DNA of 57,672 bases, the filler included, from Sphacelaria rigidula (lineage: Eukaryota), in NCBI GenBank assembly GCA_964200075.2. It is 9 parts of 9 records of this genome, joined end to end, with 100 filler letters (N's around TTAATTAATTAA, not from the genome) between each part and the next. Parts side by side here need not be neighbours in the genome. Positions count along the whole stretch, not along the records: positions 32,100 to 38,418 come from CAXNAA020020807.1; positions 38,519 to 44,836 come from CAXNAA020020808.1; positions 44,937 to 51,254 come from CAXNAA020020809.1; 6 more parts are not named here. The stretch is one strand, 5' to 3'. This document shows, in pieces, positions 34,058-46,895 of this stretch. A program made the translations under genes and the position numbers. Position 1 is the first letter of the stretch; the number at the start of each line of letters is the position of its first letter. The notes under the pieces were generated by a model that did not search any database, had not been told where the DNA came from, and was given only the letters and a program-made list of their open reading frames with translations.

Positions 34058-37000
34058 CTGAACAAAACGGGTGTTCGTAGATGACCCGGGGGGAGGGAAA
34101 GGTAAGATGGTCCTGTTTTTTTTTCGTATTGTTTTGCACATTTCTAACCCCTCTCCTTCCTCGGGACGAGGCCGAGTCCATGGTCTTAGAAGATCTTCTA
34201 CGCATCTCTCTCCCCCGTTAGACGCCTTGCATTTTTCTATCGTGGATGGGATCTGCATTTCCTCCTGCACCGTGTTGACTCTAGACATTTTACTCCGATA
34301 GCACCATTTTATTCCGAAATGCTTCCTCCAGCACAGAAGTAAAGTCGGTTATGTTTTTACGGGCCCTTGACCTTGTCCGATGACGTTAGCGATGATATTT
34401 TTGAAATATTTGTCATTATTTTAGTCGAACCCCATTCTTTTTTTTTTTTGGCGCAGTCTTCAGCATGGACCGGCGGCTGAAACAAGAGCGATTGGCCCAA
34501 AAATGGACTTTTCCTCTCGTTTTCCGGAAAAAGGGAAGAAAACTGAAACTCGGAAGAATGGCAAAAAAAATCAAGAATATGCAAAACATGTGTTTTGTTT
34601 CCGCTTCATCATTGATAAACGATACGTACGCCTCGTCTCAAAGTGTGTGATCATGTTGTGGATTGCATTACCCCCAAGCACAGGCAAAAATCGTCCAAAT
34701 TTGGCCGAAAACGGTACAAATTGGACGAAATCGGCCTACAATTGATCATATGTACCCCACGATTTCTCTACAGTACCAGCTCGGGTTTTTTCTTTTTTTT
34801 TCGTGAGCATTTCCGTCACTGTTATGGGTAGGAATGGGGGCCGATTTTGGGTACTATATTCATGGAAAGTGCAAGCTGAACGCTACATGCGTCAGAAGTG
34901 GCCCGTGATCCAACGAATCATATCAATGGAAAATACACGCGTCACCTACAACTGACGATTTGGCTCATCAGAAATGAACTATATTTATCGTACATTTATT
35001 CAAGCCTGGGAGTGGTCGGTGTTGGGGCGATTTTGTTCCTCCGAAAAGCTCGCTCCACATCAGTAGATGGACAATCTTGTTGCACTAGCTAGTGTCCTGC
35101 TTCTATCTGTACCAGTCGGGAAGCACACGCCCGCGAGCTGCCACCCCACGTTTACCGTCATTGCGAAGATAAACAAGAGCACGAACAGCAGCTGTTGTGG
35201 CCGCTACACACTAACGTAACTGCAGTGAAAGGCGTGCTTGGCATGGTGCTAGAACGAAAAAGTACGGAAATTGGGAGATCATGAGCAGCAGCGTCGCGCA
35301 TCCGAAAACTACTGAGAACGATGCTGATGATGTTGACGATCAAGAGGTCCATGCTGTGCGGATTGGCTACGCGCTGCATGTCCTACACAGAGCTATGACT
35401 GCGGGATTGGAGAGTGAATTTCTCATGGGCTCCATGGGGTCAGGGTCATGGCATGAGTGGAAGGAATCCCATCTTGTCAGTCGCTTGGGCACGGTCTGGT
35501 TCTCTCTGTCCAGATCAACATCTTCAACGCCATTTTTTCCCTATTTTCAGTACAGTATGTACAGGCAGTTACTTGAAACACTGTAGCTCTGCCGAGCTGG
35601 GCATACATGGTGCGCAGTCTGAAATCGAAATCACTCTTCGCGCCTTGGCTTCTCCGTTGGAACCCTCAGACACAATAGCCGAAGTTCATGTGTGATGTCG
35701 CTCTCTGCAACACAATATATGAAGGGTACTCGCTGTTGAAAGGCGAATTTGCCCTTCGTGCACAGCCGTACAGAACAAAGCAGCACCTGATGGCATGCCA
35801 CAAAGTGAAATGCCATCCGTCACACACTGCTCGCCGCAACAAAAAAAACACGCAGTCCAAAACAAAGCATCTCATTCTGATACTAATAATAGTATATACA
35901 GACAGTTACTAAATACGTGACCGCGGTCACCAGCAGATGTAACGCACATACTCGTACTAAAATCGCTTTTGACGCCTTGGCTACTGCACTGGAACCCTGA
36001 CATGAAGCAGCCGCCAGCGTTGTCTTTCTTCTGTCAACTCTCCCTCGGTAACTCGACACTTCAAAGGATACTCGCCGTTGAAAGGCGAATTTGCCCTGTG
36101 TGCACAGCCGCTCGGAACAAAGCAGCGCCTGGGGGCACGCAACTCAAGTGCATCTTGTCACAACTCGCTTGCGGCAGGAAAAGTTGTATGCGCACCGATT
36201 TTTTTTAATTTGCCATCTTCGACCTCGAAAGACGCTACTGTTCCTCAACCCAAAAGTGCCGATCGCGCACCGCTTACAACTCGGCAACGAAGCGAGGGAT
36301 TGGACTGCGGTTTCTTGCGTGCGCTTCCCACACACCTAACCCATGTCACCATGTTTGGTTTCTGCGTTTGCGCGTGATGCTGACTCGCAAGTGACCTAAA
36401 TATACTAAAATGAGGTGTTTTCTGCTCTGGGAGGAGATTTTCGTGCCGCTGACGCGACGCCAAAAATACCAAACGTGGGCCCCTAGATCTCGTGTGTATG
36501 CGGGGGGCTGTCAAGTGCCGTGGGCCGGCTTGCTTCCCGTGTCGAGAACCGCGCAATCTCCAGTGCTACAGCTTTCCCATACTACACCAACTGAGTAAGT
36601 GATGAAGTGTGTGTTCTGCTCGTGAAGGCCTCGGCACAGGTCCGACCACGTACTGACGTGTTCATTATTCCTCCGCGTTATTTCTTATTTTAAATCTTGT
36701 GCCGATTCTTGGTCGTTAGGGCCCCCATCCCTACCCATGACTGTATCTTACCCAAAGAATCTAACTACAGCATCTTACACGCTTCCGTTCAAAATATATG
36801 ATATGTGCCCAACCGACTTTACGTATTTGTTGGAGGAAGTACGTGACACGCGTTTTTTCTGTTAACCCTCTTCGGGTGGGTTGAATGTTCCAGAAAAGGG
36901 AAACAAAATACTTCTTTTTTCGCAAAACGTCTTCAGGACAAGAAATCTAGCGGCACTTAATTGTAACTTTGCATCTTTCTGAACAAAAAAATCGCCGAAA

Positions 37001-37092
37001 AAAAAACCACGAGTTGCACCAATTTCGTCATAATTATATTTTATGGTGCCTGCCAAAAATGTAGTAATAGCCGCTTCTCGTCATACAGATAC

Positions 37093-37950
37093 CTGATTCA
37101 GTTCTACAGGACCCGTCCCCAGATCCGTTCCCAGAAGGTTCGTAACGGCACACAAAAACGGTATCGTATGACACAGCACATGCTTCCTTCATCGTGCAGC
37201 CTGTTGGCCCTGGGTGAAATGGCACGATTGATATTCAAACCCACATATTTACCCGTTGGACAGCTCATGAAGTATCTAAATATTACTTGTTATTAGTATA
37301 CCGATCCGGAATAGTGAGCTAGATGTAAATAGCTCATTCAACCCCCTTTCCCCCCCCATACTTTCTCGCCACAGGACTGGACGCCGAGCACACGGAGGAG
37401 TGCAAAGGTTGCACGGTTAGGACGAATCATCACCATTACAAATCACCAAATCCACGATTTCCTCGGCCTGATTGCCCAAAAGGGAGAAAAACATCGACCG
37501 CTAAATTTAGTCGACAAGGTCTCCACGCAATTTTTGGGCCATTCCACGTGTCTAGGCTGCGTGTACCTGGGTTGCAACGCTGCAAACAAAGCCTAGGGAC
37601 TGATTCGTACGATTCGAATCAATGATACTGAAACCGAGTAATTTCCAGACGAATCATTGATTCGTCCGACCCTTGAAAGGTTGAAATTTGGCTTCTCGGA
37701 CGTTGTGTGTCACGTATTTTGTGTCCTTGGGTATAATAGCTTATGAGATGTCCGACTTGTAGGCATGCTTCAACCTGACCATGTAAGTTGAACCATCAGA
37801 CCGCTGGGACGCGGCGGCGGAGAGTACCGTAGAATACGGTGAACACCACCCGTGCCTCGACTGCCACCTCCGGGAGATGAACAATGTTGTGAGATCGGGG
37901 GGTGTCAAGAATAAAAGCTACTCTGCGGTTGTAGTAGTTGAGGACTTGGT
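37093..37950 (-). pseudogene. CAP/SCP/PR-1 family pseudogene
   Basis: Ordered motifs QVLNYYNRRVAFILDTP, CNL/HSS, CGEKV, GFEYQSCHFTQ and GCTMKEAC..VFVCRYEPSGN, with frameshifts, a stop and a deletion after HFTQ. Confidence 0.68.
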
Positions 37951-39449
37951 CATGTCAGCAAAAGGTGTGCATCTCGACAGTGGGCGCGTCGCAGGCAGCA
38001 GAGTATGACTTTTTTTTGTCGGCAACAAACTTTTCATGTTGGAATACATGTGGGTGGGATAGGGTGGAATAGTGCAGTCACATCAAGGATGCGGGGACAG
38101 TAAAAAAATTCCCCCAAAAAATCCTGAATATTATCGCCAACTATGCCTTCTCCTGTTCTCTCTCCACATGATTCTCTCCCTGACTTTAAGTTTTCAATGG
38201 ATCTAACTATCATATAGCGTCGTAGGCACCTCCATTGGGGAGATATGATCTGAATTTCATAGCCGACTCTTCTTGTGGAACAGAAAGCATAGATATACCA
38301 TGTGATTGGTTCACATCCTGGACAAAGGACCATCAATATTTCTCGATAGATCATCAATGCTTGTTGTTGTTGTTGTTGTTGTCTTCACATTAAAAACCGT
38401 TCCGATATCTGCGCGGTANNNNNNNNNNNNNNNNNNNNNNNNNNNNNNNNNNNNNNNNNNNNTTAATTAATTAANNNNNNNNNNNNNNNNNNNNNNNNNN
38501 NNNNNNNNNNNNNNNNNNTGGCATGCATGATCATGAGTACACCCCCCACCCCCCACCCCCCGTCTCGAAAGGGATGCGTGGTCAATGGTCAAACGACTAA
38601 GGCAAGCAACACATGAGAACCCCCCTCCCCCACCCGAGAGACGCTAGGATTCAAAAGAGGGGCATAGGGTCTCGGATTGTTTTTTGGGGGGCACTCTCGG
38701 ATGACAATCAAATCCCATTCAAAGCGGTGAGGGATTCACAAACCATTCATCTGCAATATGCAGCAGAAGACTCCGTGAGGAGAGGAGAATGCAAACAAGC
38801 CAAGGCTGGCAACACGCGGAGATAAGAGCGCAAAATGACTGACGTCAGGACCCACAAGCACGCATGCAGTTGAATTGCAAGCCATGGTATACCTTGTATT
38901 TTGCGGTCGCGGATTACCGTTTGCGCGCTATTTTTAATTCCACATGTATGTTGTGCTATGAAACGACAAACCTGGCATATATCCGCAATATCACTTCAAG
39001 GTGTAGTGACCACGAGTACTGTACTGTACTGTGGTGACCTGTACTGTTGTCAGGTGCAGATCCCAATCCTTCTGTCATTTTGTTCGTCATCATGTAAGCA
39101 TCTTTGTTGTAAACGAACCATACAAAAAATGGTATGAAAATACCCGGTAACGGCAAACTTCAAATAAACTGAATAAACTGGAGTCCCATCATCACTTCCA
39201 GTTAAACTCCAGTTCCCGTTCAACTGCCAGTACAAACTGGTCTAGTTCACAGCCCAATAAAATGCAAGACTGTGCCGTTCAGGAAACGGTTAATCATGAC
39301 AAGAATTTTCCCGGCGCACCCTCTGCCGTTCATTTCAAGTACCACACAACGACACTTTTTCGCGTACACTCAGAACGGACTTCCGTACAAACAAGACTGT
39401 TCTGTGTACATTAGCAAAGGCTGCCGCTCGAACTACTGCGCTTGAGTGG

Positions 39450-40620
39450 TGCGTATCTGTGCGTGCTTTTCTCGCGCACGAATTTGGCTCATTTGAGGAA
39501 TTAAAATCTACGTGCGATACGAAATGATGAAAGCCGACCAGAACCTGCCGATGATCGTTGCATTCCAAATATGTTCAACCAACTGAACTTTCAGCCATAT
39601 GTATACATACGCGGAAAACTCGACCAAGCTGTTCAAAACCATAAACGCGACATGACATCAACACGACATACGACAGCTCGCCGGACTGCGCCCCTCCATA
39701 CTTTGTCGCAACACGCTCCCAAACGATGTAGTTTCCTTTTCGGTTAAGGGTGGTGTTGAGTAAACACCAGGGTTTCGTTATGTATTGTAGGTTATGCATA
39801 TTTCCATGCGTTATTCGAGGCATGCCGGCTTTGTTTGTTGTGTGCGGGTGGATTCGAAAGTGATGTTCGATGTTTGTTGGACCGGAGGGATCGCACAAAT
39901 GTTCTGTGGAACTGGTTTGACTCTGCCGGCAGTTTCTGTTGACATGCCTGCGCCAGCGATTTTGAACCGATTTGAACAAGGTCACGCATAACATGCTCAG
40001 GTGATGAGCAGCTATGGATCGAGCTTGTGTTGTGGTTTGTGTGGCCAATGCAACCCTGAGGTTCACGGTTGATTGAGTTGAGTTGTCTGTCAAGCCTTTG
40101 GTTATGCCCCTGTCAACGGAACGTTTCATGTTCGCTAAATCACTTTCTTGTACATTAGATATGTATACTCTCAAACGTTATCAGAAATCCACAGAACCCG
40201 CCTGTACGATAGAACCAGTTCCGCAGCACGTTTGAGCAGACCCGACGGTCTAACGAGCGCATTTTTGAATTTATCCGCGCACAACAGAGACGACGCATCA
40301 TAACGACACGCACAGCAACAGCTCCCACACACACAGACGGAAAACCACCACCAACGCTTCAAATTATCGTACATGCTTGGCAGGCAGGCAACCCGGCTCT
40401 TTTCATGTGCGCAGATTGGTTGTTTTTTGTAGATATATACTCCTCAGACAGTACACCATCGCGAACAGTGTTCGCGATACAAAATATACGGCGAGTACCG
40501 TAATAATTGAAGTGACTACAGCATGTGTTCCTCTCAAAGCCGTGAACTTGATAAATTTTACCATCTGTAGATTTGTGGAACGAACTCAATCGCATTATTC
40601 CTCGGGTTCAGCTCTGGTTT
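39450..40620 (-). pseudogene. Decayed hAT-family transposase
   Basis: Ordered remnants STDG, TCCSHFN (CxxH), DNLKRWW (TRW), LCDP (LDPR), and W..SSFPRMY..QRSSAGSGRLSS (dimerisation domain SSAxxERxFS). Confidence 0.62.
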
Positions 40621-40897
40621 TGTTGGGTAATGTGGCAAACCTTTGCATGTGCCCCTGGCAACCAGACATGTATGTTCCCGTTCGAGGTGCACATAACGCT
40701 TTTACCGTGATGCCGCGATCTGTTGGCCGTTTGTGGATGCTGTGACCCCGGTTTCCCGGTACGCACGTACCAATGTCACTTCCATATTATGGGGTATATC
40801 ACCCCCCCCCTGTGAATAACTTCCCTGGGTGACGACTGTCGGGGTCCAAGAACCTAATCAACTGAGGATGGTATACACCGTGAACTACGAGACGTAC

Positions 40898-41059
40898 CTG
40901 CGAGCTGTCGAGTCTCGAGGCTGCCACATCCTTGAACAGAGCGGCCAAGTAGTCGATATCCTGACTCTTCACGGCAACGTTAAACGCAGCGTCCACCACG
41001 GTGTCCCCGCCCACCGCTAAGCTCTCCAGCGCGCTTCGCTCCTCATACGACAGCATACC
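40898..41059 (-). CDS. Uncharacterised protein, internal exon
   Basis: GMLSYEERSALESLAVGGDTVVDAAFNVAVKSQDIDYLAALFKDVAASRLDSSQ. CAG/GTACG boundaries, phase 0/0, GC3-rich codons. Confidence 0.8.
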
Positions 41060-42900
41060 CTGGATGGCACACGGCACATAACAAGGGGCAAACGGTGGGT
41101 GACGGCAACAAACACCAGAAAACAAAATGAAGAAAAGGCGATGGATGAGCGGATCACAAAACCACGAACACAGACGACGGGTTATTGGTTGTGTTCCCCA
41201 TGAACCTCGCCCCCCTCCCCCCCCATCCCATCCTCGAGACGAGTCCGTAGTCTCAAGGGAATAATCAATCTCTCCCGCGGTACCTGCTTGACAATTTGAT
41301 CACTGGACCAGCACTCCTGCAGTCTGTCCATTTCCGTCGGATTTGTTGTTCACTTGCGTCTGCACGCTCCCGATGACGGGAAGCAATAAACAAATCATTA
41401 CTGCCGCGATGGCAACCCTCTGCCACCACTCCACCCGAAGTGACCGGTGATATACCAATTCGACCACTGGGTCGTGGCAGTAACTGCAAAACGGATGTAC
41501 AAGCGTCCTTGCTTTTGTTTTGTTCTGTTGTCTCGGTTTTTTCTTCAGTGATCAGTTTACTCTGCTTGTCCTTTTGTTTTTTTTACCCTGTCCTCGTTTC
41601 GAGTTTTCCTCGTAGCGAATCTTTCCGTTTTGCTTGCCTTGGTTGGGTATGTGTACCTTATGAACACTGTTGAATGCCTCCGGGATCAGTTTCGATGCAC
41701 AATAGATCATTCAAATCGATTAGATAAAAAGAATGAAGAATGAGGACAGAGTGCCCTAGATGGGAAAAGAAGACACGGAGCATGACCTAAATGAATACAT
41801 GAGAACAATATGAGCATATGTCACGCAATGCCCGCTTCACTGATGTACGCAGCATTCCAGTTTGAACTAGTATCCATGACAGCGTCGCGGGTGTTGACAT
41901 CCTTTATGTGCTTTCTTCTCTGGATGCCGATTCCTACGTGTGACAGCATTATGACGTCTGTGTATACAAACACTGGTAAATATGCTCGGTGAAGGACTGT
42001 TTGCACTTGGTACTTATGGAATGGGTTCAGCACTGCTGTAAATCCAAGCATAGACGTTCACCTTGCGATCACGATTGTCTGCGTGGCCGATCAGTGAATG
42101 CACGGCAGAACGAATAAGCTTCATTCAGGGACACTTATCGATTCCAAGCACAGCCGACGTACACCATTCGATGAAAATCGATGGGCTGCGGGAGTGTCAA
42201 TAGTCATGATCCAATGATTGAAGGAATTAATTACTGATTTTCGCACATTAAGTGGTGCATGTACCCACCAAAGACGAAGACGACGTGAACAAGACGTGAA
42301 ACACTCGCTGAAGGACACTTGACAAGGGGAGAAAGGCAATGAAAAATATATATAACGAACGAGAGTAAAACTGAACTATCACGAAAGGTAAAAAATAATT
42401 TTAAAAAAACAAGAAAGATAATTAATAATAGTCCGATACCGGGGGAAAACATGACGAAAAATGAGGTTCACTTCGGGACAGTGCGATCTTATCCCGAGCA
42501 AACGGGGGGGAAGGATGGTTAAAAGTACGACAAAAGTAACCGCAAAGGCGGAGCCGAAACCTTACCCGGAAGAAATCCGTGAATATATCTACTCGTCCCA
42601 AAACCCGACCTGAAGAGACTAGCCAGTCGTCTGGCACATTGAATTTTGATCGATTTTTGATTAATTGATTGTCGCACTTTAACGGACCCCCCAAGGGATC
42701 CAGTCGTGGTCACATGATGGACGTACCCGAGACAAAACAGAACCGAAACACTCGCTGAAAAAAAAAAAACAGAGAAGGTGAAACAGAGCAACAGAGTAGA
42801 CTTGGGACAGAAATTAAAAATACCAATTTGTAACGAGCTGACCAGGCAACAAACACGTGAGCAACTTTTTTTCCCGGGGCGAGCCACTTTCGACACTCAC

Positions 42901-43281
42901 AGCATCTCTCATGCGGTGGATAAACGCGACAATTTTGGACATGGTATCCACATCCACAATATCCGAGTCCACAGTATCTGTGTCCGCAGTCCTATCCCAA
43001 GGTAGCCTGTTCCCCGCACTACCAACGGAATTCGCCATTGCCCCTGCTGTTGCTGGTGCTGCGAATACCAACTTCCTCCCTGCATCGTCCAAACCAATCC
43101 CTGTCGGTGTCAACAAAGCTTCTTCGCGGTTGCGACCTTCGGCCGCTGCAACAGCAGCAGTCAGGCCGGTGGGTGACGTTGAAGGCATCAGCTGTTGTGT
43201 TCGAGAGCCGGCGGAAGCTGCTTGGTCCCAGTCCACGTCCTTGTCGCTCAGCAGGAGGTTGTACGTTCGTTCGTCAAGCAT
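42901..43281 (-). CDS. Uncharacterised protein, exon upstream of 40898-41059
   Basis: 127 open codons MLDERTYNLLL...KIVAFIHRMRDA. CAG acceptor and GTGAGT donor, in phase with the next exon. Confidence 0.78.
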
Positions 43282-43479
43282 CTGTTTTTTGTTTATGCCG
43301 TGACAAGACACACACCTTGTCAATCAACCGCGTCAAAACTTGACAATCGAGCATCCCTGAAGCGAATAACCGCTGCAGGTGGATCCTAGATTGATCACAG
43401 AAAATACGTGAAAAAACAGATAACTGCTTTATTTCATTAATACTGTCACAATGATGATGGCCGTTATTTTACTGTTACT

Positions 43480-43574
43480 GTTACTGTTATCGTTATTATT
43501 CTTGATATAATTTTATTTTTATTGAAATTATCATCATTGTTACTATTTATTAATAATAATCATCATCATTATTA

Positions 43575-43605
<31 letters not shown>

Positions 43606-43640
43606 CATTAATAAATTAATAGTAATGACTATTAGTTTAC
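43480..43640. repeat. AT-rich (ATT/ATC)n low-complexity tract
   Basis: Visible ATT repeats. Confidence 0.9.
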
Positions 43641-44664
43641 TTTTTACTTTTCATGATCAAATAATATATAATTTTCCATCACACTTTCAACTTCCTCCTC
43701 ACCTCGGGCCTTTTGTTTTTCACGAGTGGATTTGAGTGTGGTTCTGAGCAAGACTTTGTATGCCGAAGCCATGTGGCAGAGACCAGCCATTCATTTATTT
43801 TCTTTTCTTCTCTTTCTCTTTCCTCTCTTCTCCCTTTTTTTTTACACCTTAGTCTACCATGCTGTTCTATTCTAGTTTATACATATATACATATATATAT
43901 ATATATATTCCTTCAGCGAGTGTTACAGTCTCGCATTGGCTTGGGTACGTCTATCATGTGACCACGGCTGGATCCCTGGGGGGTCAGCTGGAGCGCGACA
44001 GTTAACCAAATCAATCAAATCGGGACGAGTTCACGGTCTCAAGGGACTTGAACCATCTCTCCCCCGGCATACTCCTTACATTCTGAAACCATATCCCGCA
44101 CGGGATCAGGACTCCCACACCGTATCGACTGCCTTGAAACAAATGTCCTTTGCTACACACACGCCCATACGTTTTCGACGACGGAAATCAGAAACTTTCG
44201 GAACTCGAACCGACAGTCTTCCACACTAACTGGTGTCAGCTGTACCATTTTAATTAACAACACTGGGGCGCGGTGGCAGGATAAACAATACTATTACAAA
44301 ACACGAGTCGGGAGTTGGGAGCGGACCGCGGAATACACGATGCATACCGTGACCGCGAGTCGTGCGTGCGAACAGAGAGGGGCTGGCTGCTCAGCGGTAC
44401 AAAGGCCTCAGAGACACGCCGGTGATGCAAAGGTACCTCCGCGCCCCAGCGGTCCAAATAAAAATGGTACGAATCGCAACCAGTAAGAGCAGGAGATTGC
44501 AAGTTTGAATCCCGGCAGATACTTTTGTTGTTTTTTTTCTCAGGAGAATATACCTGATTCCTGTTCTTGAGAGGGTGATGGACGTGAGCAGTGAAGAAAG
44601 TTTAACCAAAGCCGACGCGGTGCGCAAAAGTGCTGATACAGTTCGTGGTATCAACGTCTACGGC

Positions 44665-44836
44665 ATACCCTACCGGGGGTGCACTCAGGATCATGCATGT
44701 CATGGTCATAGAAAAAGACCGCTGATCTCGCATCCCTACAAAGCCGGGGCGGAGCACGCCGGGTTTTCGCCGGACCAGGCTCGCATTCAGTCACCAAGCG
44801 CGAAGCGCCGTGGTGTGTTCGGCGAGTCGCATGAAG
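44665..44836 (+). repeat. Dispersed repeat; other copies at 53480-53650 (-) and 19085-19160 (+)
   Basis: Shared CATGC..GTCAT..GACC..TG.TCTCGC..CTACAAAGCCG..CGGAGCACGCCGG..GGACCAGGCTCGCA..TCACCAAGCGCGAAGCGCCGTGGTGTGTTCGG. Confidence 0.85.
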
Positions 44837-46714
44837 NNNNNNNNNNNNNNNNNNNNNNNNNNNNNNNNNNNNNNNNNNNNTTAATTAATTAANNNNNNNN
44901 NNNNNNNNNNNNNNNNNNNNNNNNNNNNNNNNNNNNACGAGTCAACTTATTATACTAAAACCAAGTAATTTCCAGACGAATCATTATTTGTCTTAACCGT
45001 GGTAGATTGATACGAGAGTGTTTTTTTAGATTGGGGGGCTATTGAGATCGCGACCGTATGGCTTGGGCGAGAAGATCATGTGTACTGTCGTGACACAGCG
45101 AGTAGTGTAGTATTCGCCCCCCCCCACCCTCGACCAGGATTACCCCATCTCCCGTTCACACGTTGTCTAATGTAGGCGTCATTACCGGTAGGGCTTGTCT
45201 CAACTCAAAGACTTGCATCGAAAGTCGCAGAAGCGCTGATCGGACCCGCACCGTTCCACCCTCTCCAGGGCTCCGCTGTTCTATTCATGGCTCCGCTACG
45301 CGACGCCTGACCCCCATTGCTCTCAGCAACACTAATACTTTCCTTGGCACTCGTGAATGTCTGGTATTATACCCCCCGTACCCGAGGGATCATGTTCTGC
45401 ATTCCGCTAGGGTTGGCGTCAGGGTTGGTTCGGGTCGTGGTTGGGATGGTAGAATGATCAACATCTGCACGAGGGATGACTTTGTAAACGAGTAATAAAC
45501 ACTTCGGGTCCAAGCAAATGGTGGACCCTTACCTACAAGGATGTCCATATGGGATCCTGCAAAAATCGAAAACCGGAAATAAGCAGGGTGCTGTGATTGG
45601 CTCCTGCCCTAATTCACAACTGAACTGCTTTCGATTTTTCCCGCGACCCCGGCAAGAACCGGTATATACCCAAAATCTCCGAAGTCGAAAATCGAACGTT
45701 TTCCACCGGAAACGCGGCGTGAAAGGCTTTGCATGCAACCGAGACGTGAACATCTGCTTTGAAATTCGAGTGTATGCAGCATCGCGTACAGAGGTCCACA
45801 AATGTAGCGTGAACATGCGCCGATAGCCTGGCTCGATCATGATACAAGATGCCTTGAGCGAGGGCTGCTTGTGGTTGGTTCCGTATTGAGCTAGCATTTA
45901 CCGTATGTCAAGCCACCTGGGTAGCCGTTGTGGCCTCAAGTGCGAAGTTTTGATACCAATTGTGCTGTGCGGCTCAGCAAAAATCAGCCATCGCAACCCT
46001 CATTTGTTGACGGATCGAAGTCAAAACGAAGGCGCCACGCGTGGCCGTGTAAGAGCTGTCGTGACGGCCATCTATCGAGCGCGGAGTGAGTTCCGTGAAG
46101 CTCGATCAGCCAGCGTCCAAACCTGAGTGTAGATCGATCAACTCGTGGTTTGCCGGCTGATGTTGCTGCTGGTGACCACTATTTATCCAAACCTCGTACA
46201 TACCCGAAGCATTTTGGCGGCTAGTGCTGTGCCCAGGCTTGGAAAATCGATTTTCGATCTCGGTCTCGTTTTTTTTCGTCAAGCGGAACCCGAAGAGTCC
46301 AGCCCCAAGTTTGCAGAGTCGAGGTCAAGTTTTCGAGGCTCAGGTTGTTGGTGCGGTCACGTTAAAGTTCCCCACCCTACCCCTTAGTAAGTGGTGCTCC
46401 GTCTCGAAAGAAAGGCGGGGTCAATGGTCAAACGACTAAGGCAAGTAACAAATGAGTACACCCCCCTCCCCCCAAATAATCCCATATCCATATATTGTAC
46501 ACATCATCGCCTTGAGCAAAGCTTGCGAACGCTTGAGGCGCCTACCCCACATGGCTGCTTGAGTCAGTCTAACCTAGCCTCCCGGCAATGGGCACACGAA
46601 TCCGCTTGCGCGGTAAGTGTTGGGTCAGGTTTCCTCTTCCCTTGGAGGAAAATAAAAAAAAACGTCGCGTTCGTTCCTCCTTCGGCGTAATGTTGTGCTT
46701 TTGAGCTTTTTTAG

Positions 46715-46895
46715 GTGATCGCCCTGGATACCGAGTGGCGCGACTGCAAGGGGCGATACGACAAGCTGAACAAGGCAAAAAACCTCCACCAGAAAGAGGT
46801 CACCAAAGCCAAGAAGGCCGGGGGGGAAGACCCAGAAAATGCCGCAAAAATCAAGGAGGTCTCCAAGGAGATTGAACTGGTGAAGGTCTTGGAAG
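46715..46895 (+). CDS. SARS: Cytosolic seryl-tRNA synthetase exon (N-terminal coiled coil)
   Basis: VIALDTEWRDCKGRYDKLNKAKNLHQKEVTKAKKAG.... TAG/GTGAG boundaries, phase 0/1. First exon not found on this contig. Confidence 0.9.

Noticed and set aside
35281..35586. 101-aa ORF as a standalone gene
   Set aside because: No recognisable motif or convincing splice partners.
45405..45450. Interstitial telomeric repeat
   Set aside because: Only a few degenerate AGGGTT-like units, not an array.
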